64,000 nt of DNA from contig CAYQJI010000001.1 in NCBI GenBank assembly GCA_964417865.1, positions 14,492-78,491 of the forward strand, in the 5' to 3' direction. The position numbers and the translations under genes were made by a program. The notes under the pieces were generated by a model. It ran no database searches. It saw nothing but the letters and a program-made list of their open reading frames with translations, and was not told the origin of the DNA. The stretch is from Candidatus Woesearchaeota archaeon. GTDB lineage: Archaea; Nanobdellota; Nanobdellia; Pacearchaeales; GW2011-AR1. Below are positions 10,415 through 19,128 of the stretch, in pieces; the first letter of the stretch is position 1, and each line of letters starts with the position of its first letter.

Positions 10415-10906
10415 ATGAAATTAAATAAAAACAAGAAAGCAGATTTTTTAATTAAAAATGTTTTAGAAATAGTTCTTGCAGTTATTGGAGTCATGCTTCT
10501 TATTTTTTTAGGTGTTAAATTAATTCCTTTAATTTTTCCTTCATCTGTTGAGAAAGCAGAATCAAGTTTAAACTTGTTATTTGGTCTAATTAATCAGAAC
10601 CTAAATCAAGAGAGTGTCAATGAAGTTAAGGTATTCATTCCAAACCCCAAAGGTTGGTATTTTTTTGGAACTTTAAAAGGTGATTCTTCTTCTCCTATTA
10701 AAGAATGTAGAGAAAATCCTTGCATCTGTATATGTTCCGAAGGATTTATATGTACTGAAAAAGCTAAAGGTGTTTGTTACCCTTTTGATTTTGATGATTA
10801 TACATTATCCTACAATTTGGGTGCATTAGAAATTTCTTCTAATGGTCTTTTCCTTAAAGTTTCTTTTGATAGAACAAATAAAATAATAAATATAGCTAAA
10901 AAATGA
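10415..10906 (+). CDS. pilin-like protein (class III signal peptide), Cys-rich
   Basis: N-terminus KNKKA/DFLIKNVLEIVLAVIGVMLLIF, 10 cysteines (CICICSEGFIC). Confidence 0.5.
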   Translation: MKLNKNKKADFLIKNVLEIVLAVIGVMLLIFLGVKLIPLIFPSSVEKAESSLNLLFGLINQNLNQESVNEVKVFIPNPKGWYFFGTLKGDSSSPIKECRENPCICICSEGFICTEKAKGVCYPFDFDDYTLSYNLGALEISSNGLFLKVSFDRTNKIINIAKK

Positions 10907-11043
10907 ATTTCAATAATTTTATGGATTATTTTTATTGGATAGTGGTTTTTTTATTAGTTTTAGGAGGACTCTATTTTTTATTTAAATATCTAAATATATT
11001 TTAATATAATAAAAGATAAGTTATTTTAATTATAAAATAAAAA

Positions 11044-12126
11044 ATGAAAAGAAATAAATCAAAAATGAAAAAAGGAGAACTTACAACAGAGAACATTGTT
11101 ACTTTAATTGTTTTAATAATCGGATTTATAATTCTTTTGGCCTTTTTAGTTGGCTTTAATTATGAAGAGGAGGTTAATCAAATTGTTTGTAAAACTTCTG
11201 TTTTATTAAAAGCAACTTCTAAACAAATTTCAGGGTTAGAAAAATTATCTACTTCTTTAAATTGTCATACTAAATACCTTTGTATAAGTTCTGATAATAA
11301 ATGTGATAAGGACCTATCAATAAGTAATGTAAAAAAAGTTTCTTCTAGTGATGAAATATTTAAAATTCTGGCTGATGAACTTGGAAATTGTTGGTCTATG
11401 TTTGGGGAAGGCAAATTGGATTATTTTTCCAAATTTAATATAAAAACAGATCTTTATTGTTCTTTATGTTCTTTAATATATTTTGATAAAGATTTAAATG
11501 AAATTAAAGATGAAAATTCTTATTTTGTGAAAGATGAAAATGGGAAAGTTATTGGATTAAATCAAACAAAATTTTACATTTATTTAGCCAAAACAAAAGT
11601 TGGAAAAAGTAATGAAAATTATTTAACTTACCTTTATGGAATTTCTTCATTCTCTCAATTCAATAATTATCTAACAAATGGATTTATTCCAACAGAAAAT
11701 TCAAATATAGAATCACAAAAAAATTTAGAAGTTGAAAAATTGAATAATATTCCTTCTTTAGCTCCTCTAAACTTTTCAAAAAATTATTTTGTTCTATTAG
11801 GCGCTATGGACAATAGTGATCTCCTTAATATTCTTTCTACTTATGGAGGACCTGCCACTGGGTCTTTATTGGGTTTAGCTGCGGGTTTTATTATCTCACC
11901 ACCGTCTGCCATTATGTGGGGAGCACTTTTTGTAGGAGGAGCATTAATAGGACAAGGCGTGCAATCAACAAGTAATTTTTTAATTAATGATTTACTCTTT
12001 TCAAAAAAAAATCAAGAGACAAATAAAGAAGAGAGTAGTTTAGTTTTCTTTGGGCCTAATTTAGTGGAAGCTAATGCGAAATCATTAAGCAACATTAAAT
12101 GTTCTGAAATTAATACTATCGCTTAA
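11044..12126 (+). CDS. pilin-like protein (class III signal peptide), Cys-rich, with C-terminal hydrophobic anchor
   Basis: KMKKG/ELTTENIVTLIVLIIGFIILLAF, NCW motif, C-terminal TM (LLGLAAGFIISPPSAIMWGALFVGGALIG). Confidence 0.5.
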   Translation: MKRNKSKMKKGELTTENIVTLIVLIIGFIILLAFLVGFNYEEEVNQIVCKTSVLLKATSKQISGLEKLSTSLNCHTKYLCISSDNKCDKDLSISNVKKVSSSDEIFKILADELGNCWSMFGEGKLDYFSKFNIKTDLYCSLCSLIYFDKDLNEIKDENSYFVKDENGKVIGLNQTKFYIYLAKTKVGKSNENYLTYLYGISSFSQFNNYLTNGFIPTENSNIESQKNLEVEKLNNIPSLAPLNFSKNYFVLLGAMDNSDLLNILSTYGGPATGSLLGLAAGFIISPPSAIMWGALFVGGALIGQGVQSTSNFLINDLLFSKKNQETNKEESSLVFFGPNLVEANAKSLSNIKCSEINTIA

Positions 12127-12180
12127 TCTTTTTATCATTTATTAGTTAATTTTATAATATTCTTTTTCCATTTATTTAAT

Positions 12181-12642
12181 ATGATAAAAAATAAAAAAGG
12201 TGAAGGGAATGATTTATTTTTGAATAACTTTGTTGATATAATTTTAGATTTTATTTTTTTTGGAGTTCTTATACTCTTTTTATTAAATCAAAATTATAAA
12301 ATTTCTTTTTTAGAATTAAATTATGCTAAGAATATAGCTTTGTTAATAGATAATGCTAAACCTGGAATGACTATTACTTTTGATTTGTCTGATGCAGTAA
12401 AAATTGCTAAATCCAATGGTGTAGATATTAATGATATGATAAAAATTCAAGATAATAAAGTTTTAGTTACTCTTGCAAGGGGTAAATGGAGTTCTTATTC
12501 TTTTTTTAATAATATCAATATAGTTAGTTACTATCCTCTTTATAATACAAATAAAAAGGGTTATACAGGAGAATTTGTCTTTAAGATAGGAGAGTATATT
12601 GAAAATGAAGAGTTAAATCTTGAAAATGAAAAACTAAATTAA
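12181..12642 (+). CDS. pilin-like protein (class III signal peptide-like)
   Basis: KNKKG then hydrophobic helix FVDIILDFIFFGVLILFLL. Confidence 0.4.
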   Translation: MIKNKKGEGNDLFLNNFVDIILDFIFFGVLILFLLNQNYKISFLELNYAKNIALLIDNAKPGMTITFDLSDAVKIAKSNGVDINDMIKIQDNKVLVTLARGKWSSYSFFNNINIVSYYPLYNTNKKGYTGEFVFKIGEYIENEELNLENEKLN

Positions 12643-12654
12643 ATTAAAATAAAG

Positions 12655-13338
12655 ATGAAAATTTTTTTGATTAATAAAAAAAACAAAAGAGGAAATGTTT
12701 TTTCTATGTGGTGGTTTGTAATGGCAGTAATTGTCGCCGCAGTAATTTATATAATGGTTAATATGTTTTTTCAATCTCCCATAGATATTAGAGATATGGA
12801 GGTTAATAGTCTGATAAATCAGGTTGCAGATTGCATTTATTATGCTGGGCAATTTAACAATAATATTAATTTTATTTCTGAAAGTTCTTTAAGGCAAAAG
12901 GATATAAGTTCAGAAAATAAACTTATTAAAAATGAGCCAGAAATAGATAAAGAGTTCTTAATAAAAAATTGTCATTTAAATTTATTTGATGAAAATTATC
13001 CTAAAGAAAATCAGTATTTTATTCAAGTTAATATTTACAAATTGGACACAGCGTCAAATTCATTAAGTTATAAAGATAATCTTTTAGTAAATTATATTGC
13101 AGGAAATGAAATTTTTAAAGATTTTTGTGATTTACAATTACAAAAAAATTTTTATCCTTCATCTAATGTTTTAGAAGAAATTAAATACGAAGATAATATT
13201 TATAAGACTCTTCCATTCTGTAAAAATAAAAAATTTTATGCATTTACAAGGCAAATTATGGGGGATAATTCAAGAAATGAATATATTATAGAAATTATTG
13301 GAGGTATAAAAAAATTAAATGAGAATATTAAAGTATAA
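12655..13338 (+). CDS. pilin-like protein (class III signal peptide)
   Basis: KNKRG/NVFSMWWFVMAVIVAAVIYIMV. Confidence 0.5.
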   Translation: MKIFLINKKNKRGNVFSMWWFVMAVIVAAVIYIMVNMFFQSPIDIRDMEVNSLINQVADCIYYAGQFNNNINFISESSLRQKDISSENKLIKNEPEIDKEFLIKNCHLNLFDENYPKENQYFIQVNIYKLDTASNSLSYKDNLLVNYIAGNEIFKDFCDLQLQKNFYPSSNVLEEIKYEDNIYKTLPFCKNKKFYAFTRQIMGDNSRNEYIIEIIGGIKKLNENIKV

Positions 13339-13612
13339 AAAAGCTCAGATAGGGTATACTCTTAATTGGGGTGCAGCTTTAATATTAATTTTTATTATAT
13401 TATTAATATTTGTAATTGTTTCACTTTTATTTATTAATCATTCAAATTTAGTAAAATTTTTCGAACCAAAGAATACTCTAATAGAGGTTCAAAATCAACA
13501 TTTAATCTCAAAAAGTGAAATTTCTCTATCAGAAGTTACTTCAATGAATACAAAGGATTTTGATTCATATCATTCAAAAATTATAAATTTAATAAAATTA
13601 GAAAATGATTAA
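13319..13612 (+). CDS. small pilin-like protein
   Basis: KKAQIG then ALILIFIILLIFVIVSLLF. Shares the KKAQ(I/L)G leader with the next gene. Confidence 0.45.
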   Translation: MRILKYKKAQIGYTLNWGAALILIFIILLIFVIVSLLFINHSNLVKFFEPKNTLIEVQNQHLISKSEISLSEVTSMNTKDFDSYHSKIINLIKLEND

Positions 13613-14507
13613 AAATAAAAAAGCTCAATTAGGCATAAATATTTTTGTTTTAGGAACACTTATAGTTTGTGTTCTTGCTTTATTCAGTTTTAGCACTAAT
13701 TCTAATAAAGTTAAATTTAATTTTTATGGAATTTCTGCTTTAGAAGAAGAAAATACAAAAATTGAAAATGAACAATATCAACAATACTTAAAACTAAAAG
13801 AGAACATCCAAGAGTTTAAATGTTCTTATCAAGATTTATGCCAATGCCCTAAAGTAGATTCTCCTTATAATAAGTTAATTATCAACAATATGGATATTAA
13901 CGATTTAATAAGTAATGTTGACTGTTCAAATAAAGAACTTCTTAAAAATAATTTATTTAATTTAATGAAATCTATTTCAGATACTAATGCCGAGTATGTT
14001 GCAAGTCAATGTAAATGTAAAGATAATTGTAAAAATTATGCTGGACTTCTTGTTGATGAAGCTTGCAAAGATGATAATAACAAGATAGATCCTTATTTAT
14101 TATTGTCTATAATGATGCAAGAATCTGATTGTGTGGCCTTAGCTATAAATTCAAATAAAGAGAGTAATGGGAAAGTTTCTTCTTCTGACTGTGGTTTAAT
14201 GCAGATAAATACAAAAAGTCAAGAGGATTGTAAGGACCTTATTCAAAATCCAGCCTCTTCTATAAAAAGAGCAGTATCTCTTCTAAAAGATAAATTTGAT
14301 AAAGAATGCATTTTTACAGGGGGTAAATATAAAGATGGAGGCTTTACATGTGATGCTTCTACATTGATAATGCATTCTGATTGTACAAGAAGTGTTAAAT
14401 ATTCTGGTTGGGCTTCTAAAATAAGAGGTTATAATGGTTGGGGTGCAGGAGGTTCACCTTACTATACAGAACTTGTTTTAGAGAGATATTTAGAATTAAA
14501 AGGATAA
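13605..14507 (+). CDS. pilin-like protein fused to family-1 lytic transglycosylase (SLT/goose-lysozyme-like) domain
   Basis: KKAQLG + hydrophobic helix. SLT motifs: catalytic ES motif (SIMMQESDC...DCGLMQIN), NPASSIKRAVSLL, GYNGWGAG. Confidence 0.65.
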   Translation: MIKNKKAQLGINIFVLGTLIVCVLALFSFSTNSNKVKFNFYGISALEEENTKIENEQYQQYLKLKENIQEFKCSYQDLCQCPKVDSPYNKLIINNMDINDLISNVDCSNKELLKNNLFNLMKSISDTNAEYVASQCKCKDNCKNYAGLLVDEACKDDNNKIDPYLLLSIMMQESDCVALAINSNKESNGKVSSSDCGLMQINTKSQEDCKDLIQNPASSIKRAVSLLKDKFDKECIFTGGKYKDGGFTCDASTLIMHSDCTRSVKYSGWASKIRGYNGWGAGGSPYYTELVLERYLELKG

Positions 14508-14678
14508 AAAAATAAAATGACAGTTGAAGAAATTAAATCTTTTGCAAATAATATAAAAGTTGATTATAATTCTGAGTCAAATATATTATTAACAAATAAT
14601 AATCAAAAATAATTCTAAAAACCTTAAATAACTTCAAATTAACAAAAGCTTTTTAAATACTAAAAGATTATAAAAGAT

Positions 14679-15221
14679 ATGAAGTTAGAAAAAAAAATAA
14701 ACAAAAGAGGAGACCAAACACCTTGGATCTTAATCTCTTTGATTTTAGCACTTGCTGTTGGTGTATTTTTTATATATAACTTTTTTAGCTATAATCAATT
14801 ATTTTCTGCTTCAAATATTAATGATATAACTGATCTTTGTGTTAACACATATACAAAACCAGAAGAATTTGTTTCTAAAGGTTTACCTGCTTTTACAATA
14901 GAACAAGCAGGCAAAAAAATTGTTTATTCTAAAGGATTTACTTGTTATTATTTATCTAAACTAAGCACAAATAATCCAGCCTATAGTGCAGTTAGTGGAA
15001 GGAATAATTTAGATGAGATATGGCTCGCATGGGATGATAAAATTAAAATCATGGAGCCTAATAAAGATGAAACTTTCAGAAAAGAGGAGTGTGAGAAAGA
15101 TCCCAAGTTAATTTATGTTTATTCTGCAAAAGAAGAAAAAAATAAGTATACCTTAGAGGTTACAATATGTAACCCTGGGATAGCTCCTGCTCCTGCTGGA
15201 GGACATAATTCAGAAGAATAA
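14679..15221 (+). CDS. pilin-like Cys-rich protein (class III signal peptide)
   Basis: NKRG/DQTPWILISLILALAVGVFFIY, near-identical leader to 45258. Conserved GFTCYYLSKLSTNNP motif. Confidence 0.5.
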   Translation: MKLEKKINKRGDQTPWILISLILALAVGVFFIYNFFSYNQLFSASNINDITDLCVNTYTKPEEFVSKGLPAFTIEQAGKKIVYSKGFTCYYLSKLSTNNPAYSAVSGRNNLDEIWLAWDDKIKIMEPNKDETFRKEECEKDPKLIYVYSAKEEKNKYTLEVTICNPGIAPAPAGGHNSEE

Positions 15222-15358
15222 TTTTTCTCCATTCATTCTTTTTTAATAATCTTTTAAATTTATTATTTTTCTCTTTTATTATCATTAATTCTTTTTCTTA
15301 AATCTCTCTTTTTTTCTCTTATTTTAACAACTTTTTTAAATAACTAATTCTTTTTTAA

Positions 15359-16741
15359 TTGATGAAATCTTTAATGATAAAAGATAAAAGAGGTATGGAT
15401 ACAATGGCCTTTATTCTTGTTGCATTAATTCTTGCAGCAATAGTTCTTATTGCTTTGTCAGGAGGATTACAAATTGTTATAGGAAAATTAAAATCCGCTT
15501 TAGGAGGGCCTTCAAATGTGGATTTAATCAAAGGATTTTGTCAATTATCATGTAATCTCGGATTTACTAATGATTATTGTTATAAACCTAGAACATTAAC
15601 AGATAATTTAGGAAATAAACTTAATGATGTAACTTGCTATTTCCTTTCTAGATATAAGCCGAGTTATGAGATTGATTCTTGTCCTAAGATAACTTGCTCT
15701 GTTGAATTTAATAATAACATAAATTCCAAAGAGCAATTTAATCAATTACAATGCACAAAAAACAAATTATATTTACAATCTTTTATTCAAAATTCTGAAA
15801 AAGAATATACTTTGTTGTCAAAAGAATGTTCAAATTTCCTTGAAAAACCTCTAATAATTTCTAAAGATGAATTGAACCTTGATCCAACTCTTGAAAAATC
15901 TCTTAACAATTATATTTACTATTCTACAAATGCAGAATGGGTTGATAACTTTAATAAAGATTTACTTATCAATGCAATTAATGTTGCAACAGGAAAAAAA
16001 TCAAGCCAATTTTACCAAGATTTAGACCAGACTAATCCAGAAGCTGTAAAATTTTGTTATGAACCTATTAATTCATTAAATGGATTAACTGGATATGCTT
16101 ATTTAAAATCAAATTCAAAACTAATGAATAATGTTATTGATGCTTATCAAATTAATCAAAATGATTTTGAGCGTTGTGGCGTTTATTACTATTTTGTTGA
16201 TAAAACAAATGTAAGGTATGGAGGTCTATTATCTTATTACAAAACTTATAAATCTGCTGAAAATAGAGGGAGAGATTCCGATTCGTTTAAAGAGAATATA
16301 ATAAAACCTTTTGGTTGTATCAATAATGATTATAATAACTATCTCTCTCTTAGATATAATCAAAATGACCCAACAGGAAAGTATATCCAATTTTTAGATG
16401 AAAACAATAATCTTATTACTTTAGATTTTCCGTGTGAACCAGATATCTCAAGTTTTAAAGTAGACGAGGTCTGTAAAGCCTTTTATGATGAATTAGTTCA
16501 GAAATTTTCATTAGATCCTTATTTAGAGAATATTGAAACCTTTGATTTTTGTTCTAAAAAAATTAACCTTCTGGATTCCTCTGGAAATGAGATTTGTTCA
16601 GGATGTACCTGTTTTTATGTGCTTAATAATCTTAAAGAAGAAGATTTAACAAAAAGAGGTTATTTAAATGTCGCTAACAACGGAGTAACCATCTCAAATT
16701 TAGAGATTATAAAGTCTTGTAACCATGAATCTAAAACATAA
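15359..16741 (+). CDS. pilin-like Cys-rich protein (class III signal peptide), 460 aa
   Basis: KDKRG/MDTMAFILVALILAAIVLIAL, VTCYFLSRYKP motif shared with paralogs, more than 20 Cys. Confidence 0.5.
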   Translation: MMKSLMIKDKRGMDTMAFILVALILAAIVLIALSGGLQIVIGKLKSALGGPSNVDLIKGFCQLSCNLGFTNDYCYKPRTLTDNLGNKLNDVTCYFLSRYKPSYEIDSCPKITCSVEFNNNINSKEQFNQLQCTKNKLYLQSFIQNSEKEYTLLSKECSNFLEKPLIISKDELNLDPTLEKSLNNYIYYSTNAEWVDNFNKDLLINAINVATGKKSSQFYQDLDQTNPEAVKFCYEPINSLNGLTGYAYLKSNSKLMNNVIDAYQINQNDFERCGVYYYFVDKTNVRYGGLLSYYKTYKSAENRGRDSDSFKENIIKPFGCINNDYNNYLSLRYNQNDPTGKYIQFLDENNNLITLDFPCEPDISSFKVDEVCKAFYDELVQKFSLDPYLENIETFDFCSKKINLLDSSGNEICSGCTCFYVLNNLKEEDLTKRGYLNVANNGVTISNLEIIKSCNHESKT

Positions 16742-16743
16742 AA

Positions 16744-16857
16744 ATGTCAGATTACGGATTTCCTGAAAAAAGAAACAAAAGAAAAGAAAAAAGAAAAGAA
16801 AAAAAGAAACACCCTTATAAGCAGGGTGGAGCTCAAAGAACTTTTGAAATAAAATAA
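16744..16857 (+). CDS. small highly basic peptide (37 aa), unknown
   Basis: MSDYGFPEKRNKRKEKRKEKKKHPYKQGGAQRTFEIK. Intergenic position, not in ORF track. Confidence 0.15.
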   Translation: MSDYGFPEKRNKRKEKRKEKKKHPYKQGGAQRTFEIK

Positions 16858-16903
16858 AAGATAAAATAAATTATTTTATAAACTTATTTTTCTTTTTTTT
16901 AAA

Positions 16904-17758
16904 ATGTATGAAATAATATTTTTATTAATCTTAAGTTTTTGTTATCTTATATTTGCAGTTATTCAAGATTTTAAATCAAGAGAGATTGCAGATTGGCTTA
17001 ATTATTCTTTGATAATCTTTGCTTTAGGTTTTAGGTTTTTTTATTCTTTGTTCAATGAAAATAATTTTAATTTTTTTATCCAAGGATTTATTGGATTTCT
17101 TATTTTTTTAGGATTAGCTAACCTGTTTTATTATTCAAGACTTTTTGCAGGAGGAGATGCAAAACTTATGATGGCTTTAGGAGCAATTTTGCCATTAGAT
17201 TATTCTTTTAGTTCAAATCTCCTTTTATTCCTTAATTTTTTATTTTATTTTTTTATAGCTTCTTTAATTTATGTTTTAATTTCAAGCGTTTTTCTTACAT
17301 TAAAAAATTTTAAATCCTTTAAGATTAAATTTATTAAAGAAGTTAAATTTCAAAAAAGATTGATTATATTATCTTGGTTATTCTTTTTCTTATCAACAAT
17401 TTTAAACTTCGTCTTTTTATCTAAATTCAATTTCGTTTTTTTAGGATTTTTTATTTTAGTTTTAACTTATTCTTATATTTATTCAAAATCTTTAGATGAG
17501 TGTTGTATGATTAAAGAAGTTTTAACTAAAAATTTAACAGAAGGAGACTGGCTTTATAAGGATGTGAGATTAAAAAAAGAAACTATCAAATCTAAATGGG
17601 AGGGTTTAACAAAAGAAGAAATAAGAAAAATAAGATTAGAACTAAAAAAAGTAAAGATAAGACAAGGAATTCCTTTTTCCCCTACTTTTTTATTAGGCTT
17701 TTTGCTTTTTGTGATATCTTATTTTTTTAAAATTAATTTATGGAATCCTCTTTGGTAA
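16904..17758 (+). CDS. prepilin/preflagellin peptidase (A24 family, PibD/FlaK-like)
   Basis: Polytopic membrane protein with the catalytic A24 motif LFAGGDAKLMMALGA and an N-terminal Asp (IQDFKS). Confidence 0.7.
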   Translation: MYEIIFLLILSFCYLIFAVIQDFKSREIADWLNYSLIIFALGFRFFYSLFNENNFNFFIQGFIGFLIFLGLANLFYYSRLFAGGDAKLMMALGAILPLDYSFSSNLLLFLNFLFYFFIASLIYVLISSVFLTLKNFKSFKIKFIKEVKFQKRLIILSWLFFFLSTILNFVFLSKFNFVFLGFFILVLTYSYIYSKSLDECCMIKEVLTKNLTEGDWLYKDVRLKKETIKSKWEGLTKEEIRKIRLELKKVKIRQGIPFSPTFLLGFLLFVISYFFKINLWNPLW

Positions 17759-18346
17759 CCAGATGTTCTCTTCTTTAATTTCTTCTTCGTTTTCTTCTTT
17801 TGATTCTTCTTTATCAGAATCTTTTTTATCCTCTTTTAGAATTTTTTCTTTTATCTTTTCAAGCTCTTCAATACTCTTTTTTTCTTTTTTTAATTCTTTA
17901 TCTTTATAGATTGGAATTAAATTTATTAATTCATGATTAAAAATGGATTGTTTTTCAACTTTCACTTCTAAGGGCATTAAATTTTTTTCTATTTTTTCTT
18001 TTATTTTTTGAGCTAATAAAAGAGTGGATTCTTTCACTTTACCATGAGATTTTGGAATTATAAAAGAATTCCCTTCTGAGAGGGGATTTATATCCAAAAC
18101 GCCTAAATTTTCTTCATCTTCCTCTAAAATGCAAGAAGGTATTTTTTTTGAACTTATTAAGCAAAAAATACACTCATTATCTTCAAATAAAATATTATTT
18201 TTTTCTAAAAAACTAGCCAATTCTTCTTTATCCATAGAATCTAATCTACTTAAAGAACTTAATTTTTTATCTTCTGGAAAATTACTATTTATATAAGAGA
18301 TTAGTTTTTCTTTTATTTCTTTAAATTCTTCTTCTGAAATTTCCAT
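17738..18346 (-). CDS. HIT-like protein with KE-rich C-terminal tail
   Basis: CIFCLI...IIPKSHG resembles the HIT fold N-terminus; weak. Confidence 0.3.
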   Translation of the reverse strand: MEISEEEFKEIKEKLISYINSNFPEDKKLSSLSRLDSMDKEELASFLEKNNILFEDNECIFCLISSKKIPSCILEEDEENLGVLDINPLSEGNSFIIPKSHGKVKESTLLLAQKIKEKIEKNLMPLEVKVEKQSIFNHELINLIPIYKDKELKKEKKSIEELEKIKEKILKEDKKDSDKEESKEENEEEIKEENIWLPKRIP

Positions 18347-18364
18347 TTATCAATTATTTTTTAT

Positions 18365-18640
18365 TTAAGAACCAAAAGCTCTTCTCATATCTATAACCTG
18401 TATTGAGCTTACTCCTTCTAGTTCTCTTATCTTTTCTTCAAGTTTCTCTAATTCTACCTCTTCAGACCAGGCAAAAAAAGCAATTATCGCTTTTAATCCA
18501 AAAGCAATAGGTTCTTCTTCAAAATTGCAATTTTTTCCACCAAGACTTTCTACTAACTCTTTTGTTTTTTCTTTTATAGTTTCTAAATCTGTTTCAGGCG
18601 AATTGGGTAAAATCTTTATTTTTACTGCTGCGATTCCCAT
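18365..18640 (-). CDS. ef1b: translation elongation factor aEF-1 beta
   Basis: 91 aa, MGIAAVKIKILP...AFGLKAI...IQVIDMRRAF, typical aEF-1beta. Confidence 0.8.
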   Translation of the reverse strand: MGIAAVKIKILPNSPETDLETIKEKTKELVESLGGKNCNFEEEPIAFGLKAIIAFFAWSEEVELEKLEEKIRELEGVSSIQVIDMRRAFGS

Positions 18641-18690
18641 AAATTCTTTAGATTTTTTTGATTTATAAGTCTTCTGTTATCCTTTATTTA

Positions 18691-18721
18691 TTGCTGAGCT
18701 GTTAAGTTAAAGTCACTTATT
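18691..18721 (-). promoter_or_regulatory. conserved about 30-bp upstream motif, copy 1, 5' of ef1b
   Basis: AATAAGTGACTTTAACTTAACAGCTCAGC on the gene strand. Matches copies at 21655..21682 and 31911..31940. Confidence 0.4.
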
Positions 18722-18763
18722 CTGGACTTCTAAAATTATGAAACAAAACATTTAAATAGTATT

Positions 18764-18779
18764 ATGAATATATATTCAT
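18764..18779. promoter_or_regulatory. perfect 16-bp palindrome ATGAATATATATTCAT, putative operator between TATA and the DUF5320 gene
   Basis: Seen directly. Preceded by tttaaatag (TATA-like). Second copy at 19112. Confidence 0.5.
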
Positions 18780-18810
18780 AACTAAATAAACACAATTTGG
18801 AGGAAACAAA

Positions 18811-19059
18811 ATGCCAAGACAAGACGGAACAGGACCAAATGGGCAAGGGGCTATGACTGGAAGAGGTTTAGGACCTTGTGGAGGAGGTATGCGTAGAGGA
18901 TTTGGCAGAGGAATGGGTTGGAGATTCTGGGGAAGATCCCAATACAGCAAGCCCGTTAATCTGACCAAAACAGAAGAAAAGAAAATCCTTGAAGCAGAAC
19001 TTAAAGAAATTGATTTGGAAAAGCAAGAAATAGAAGAAAGGCTTAAAGAAATTAAATAA
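18811..19059 (+). CDS. DUF5320-like small protein (MPRxDGTGPxG Gly/Arg-rich N-terminus, coiled-coil C-terminus)
   Basis: MPRQDGTGPNGQGAMTGRGLGPCGGG. SD-like GGAGG 10 nt upstream. Confidence 0.45.
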   Translation: MPRQDGTGPNGQGAMTGRGLGPCGGGMRRGFGRGMGWRFWGRSQYSKPVNLTKTEEKKILEAELKEIDLEKQEIEERLKEIK

Positions 19060-19111
19060 GCCTTCTTCTTGTCTTTTTCTTTTTTTATTTTAGTAAAATT
19101 TAAATAGAAAT

Positions 19112-19127
19112 ATGAATAAATATTCAT
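19112..19127. promoter_or_regulatory. near-palindrome ATGAATAAATATTCAT overlapping the start of the DUF134 gene
   Basis: Half-sites ATGAATA/TATTCAT identical to 18764. The same tttaaatag box lies 8 nt upstream. Confidence 0.5.
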
Positions 19128-19128
19128 T

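Noticed and set aside
10903-11004. 33-aa hydrophobic ORF overlapping the stop of 10415..10906
   Set aside because: Too short and compositionally trivial to call without comparative support.
18762-19127. 121-aa minus-strand ORF spanning the DUF5320 gene and both palindromes
   Set aside because: It is antisense to a gene with a clear SD and conserved N-terminal motif. Its low-complexity P/S-rich translation is typical of a shadow ORF.
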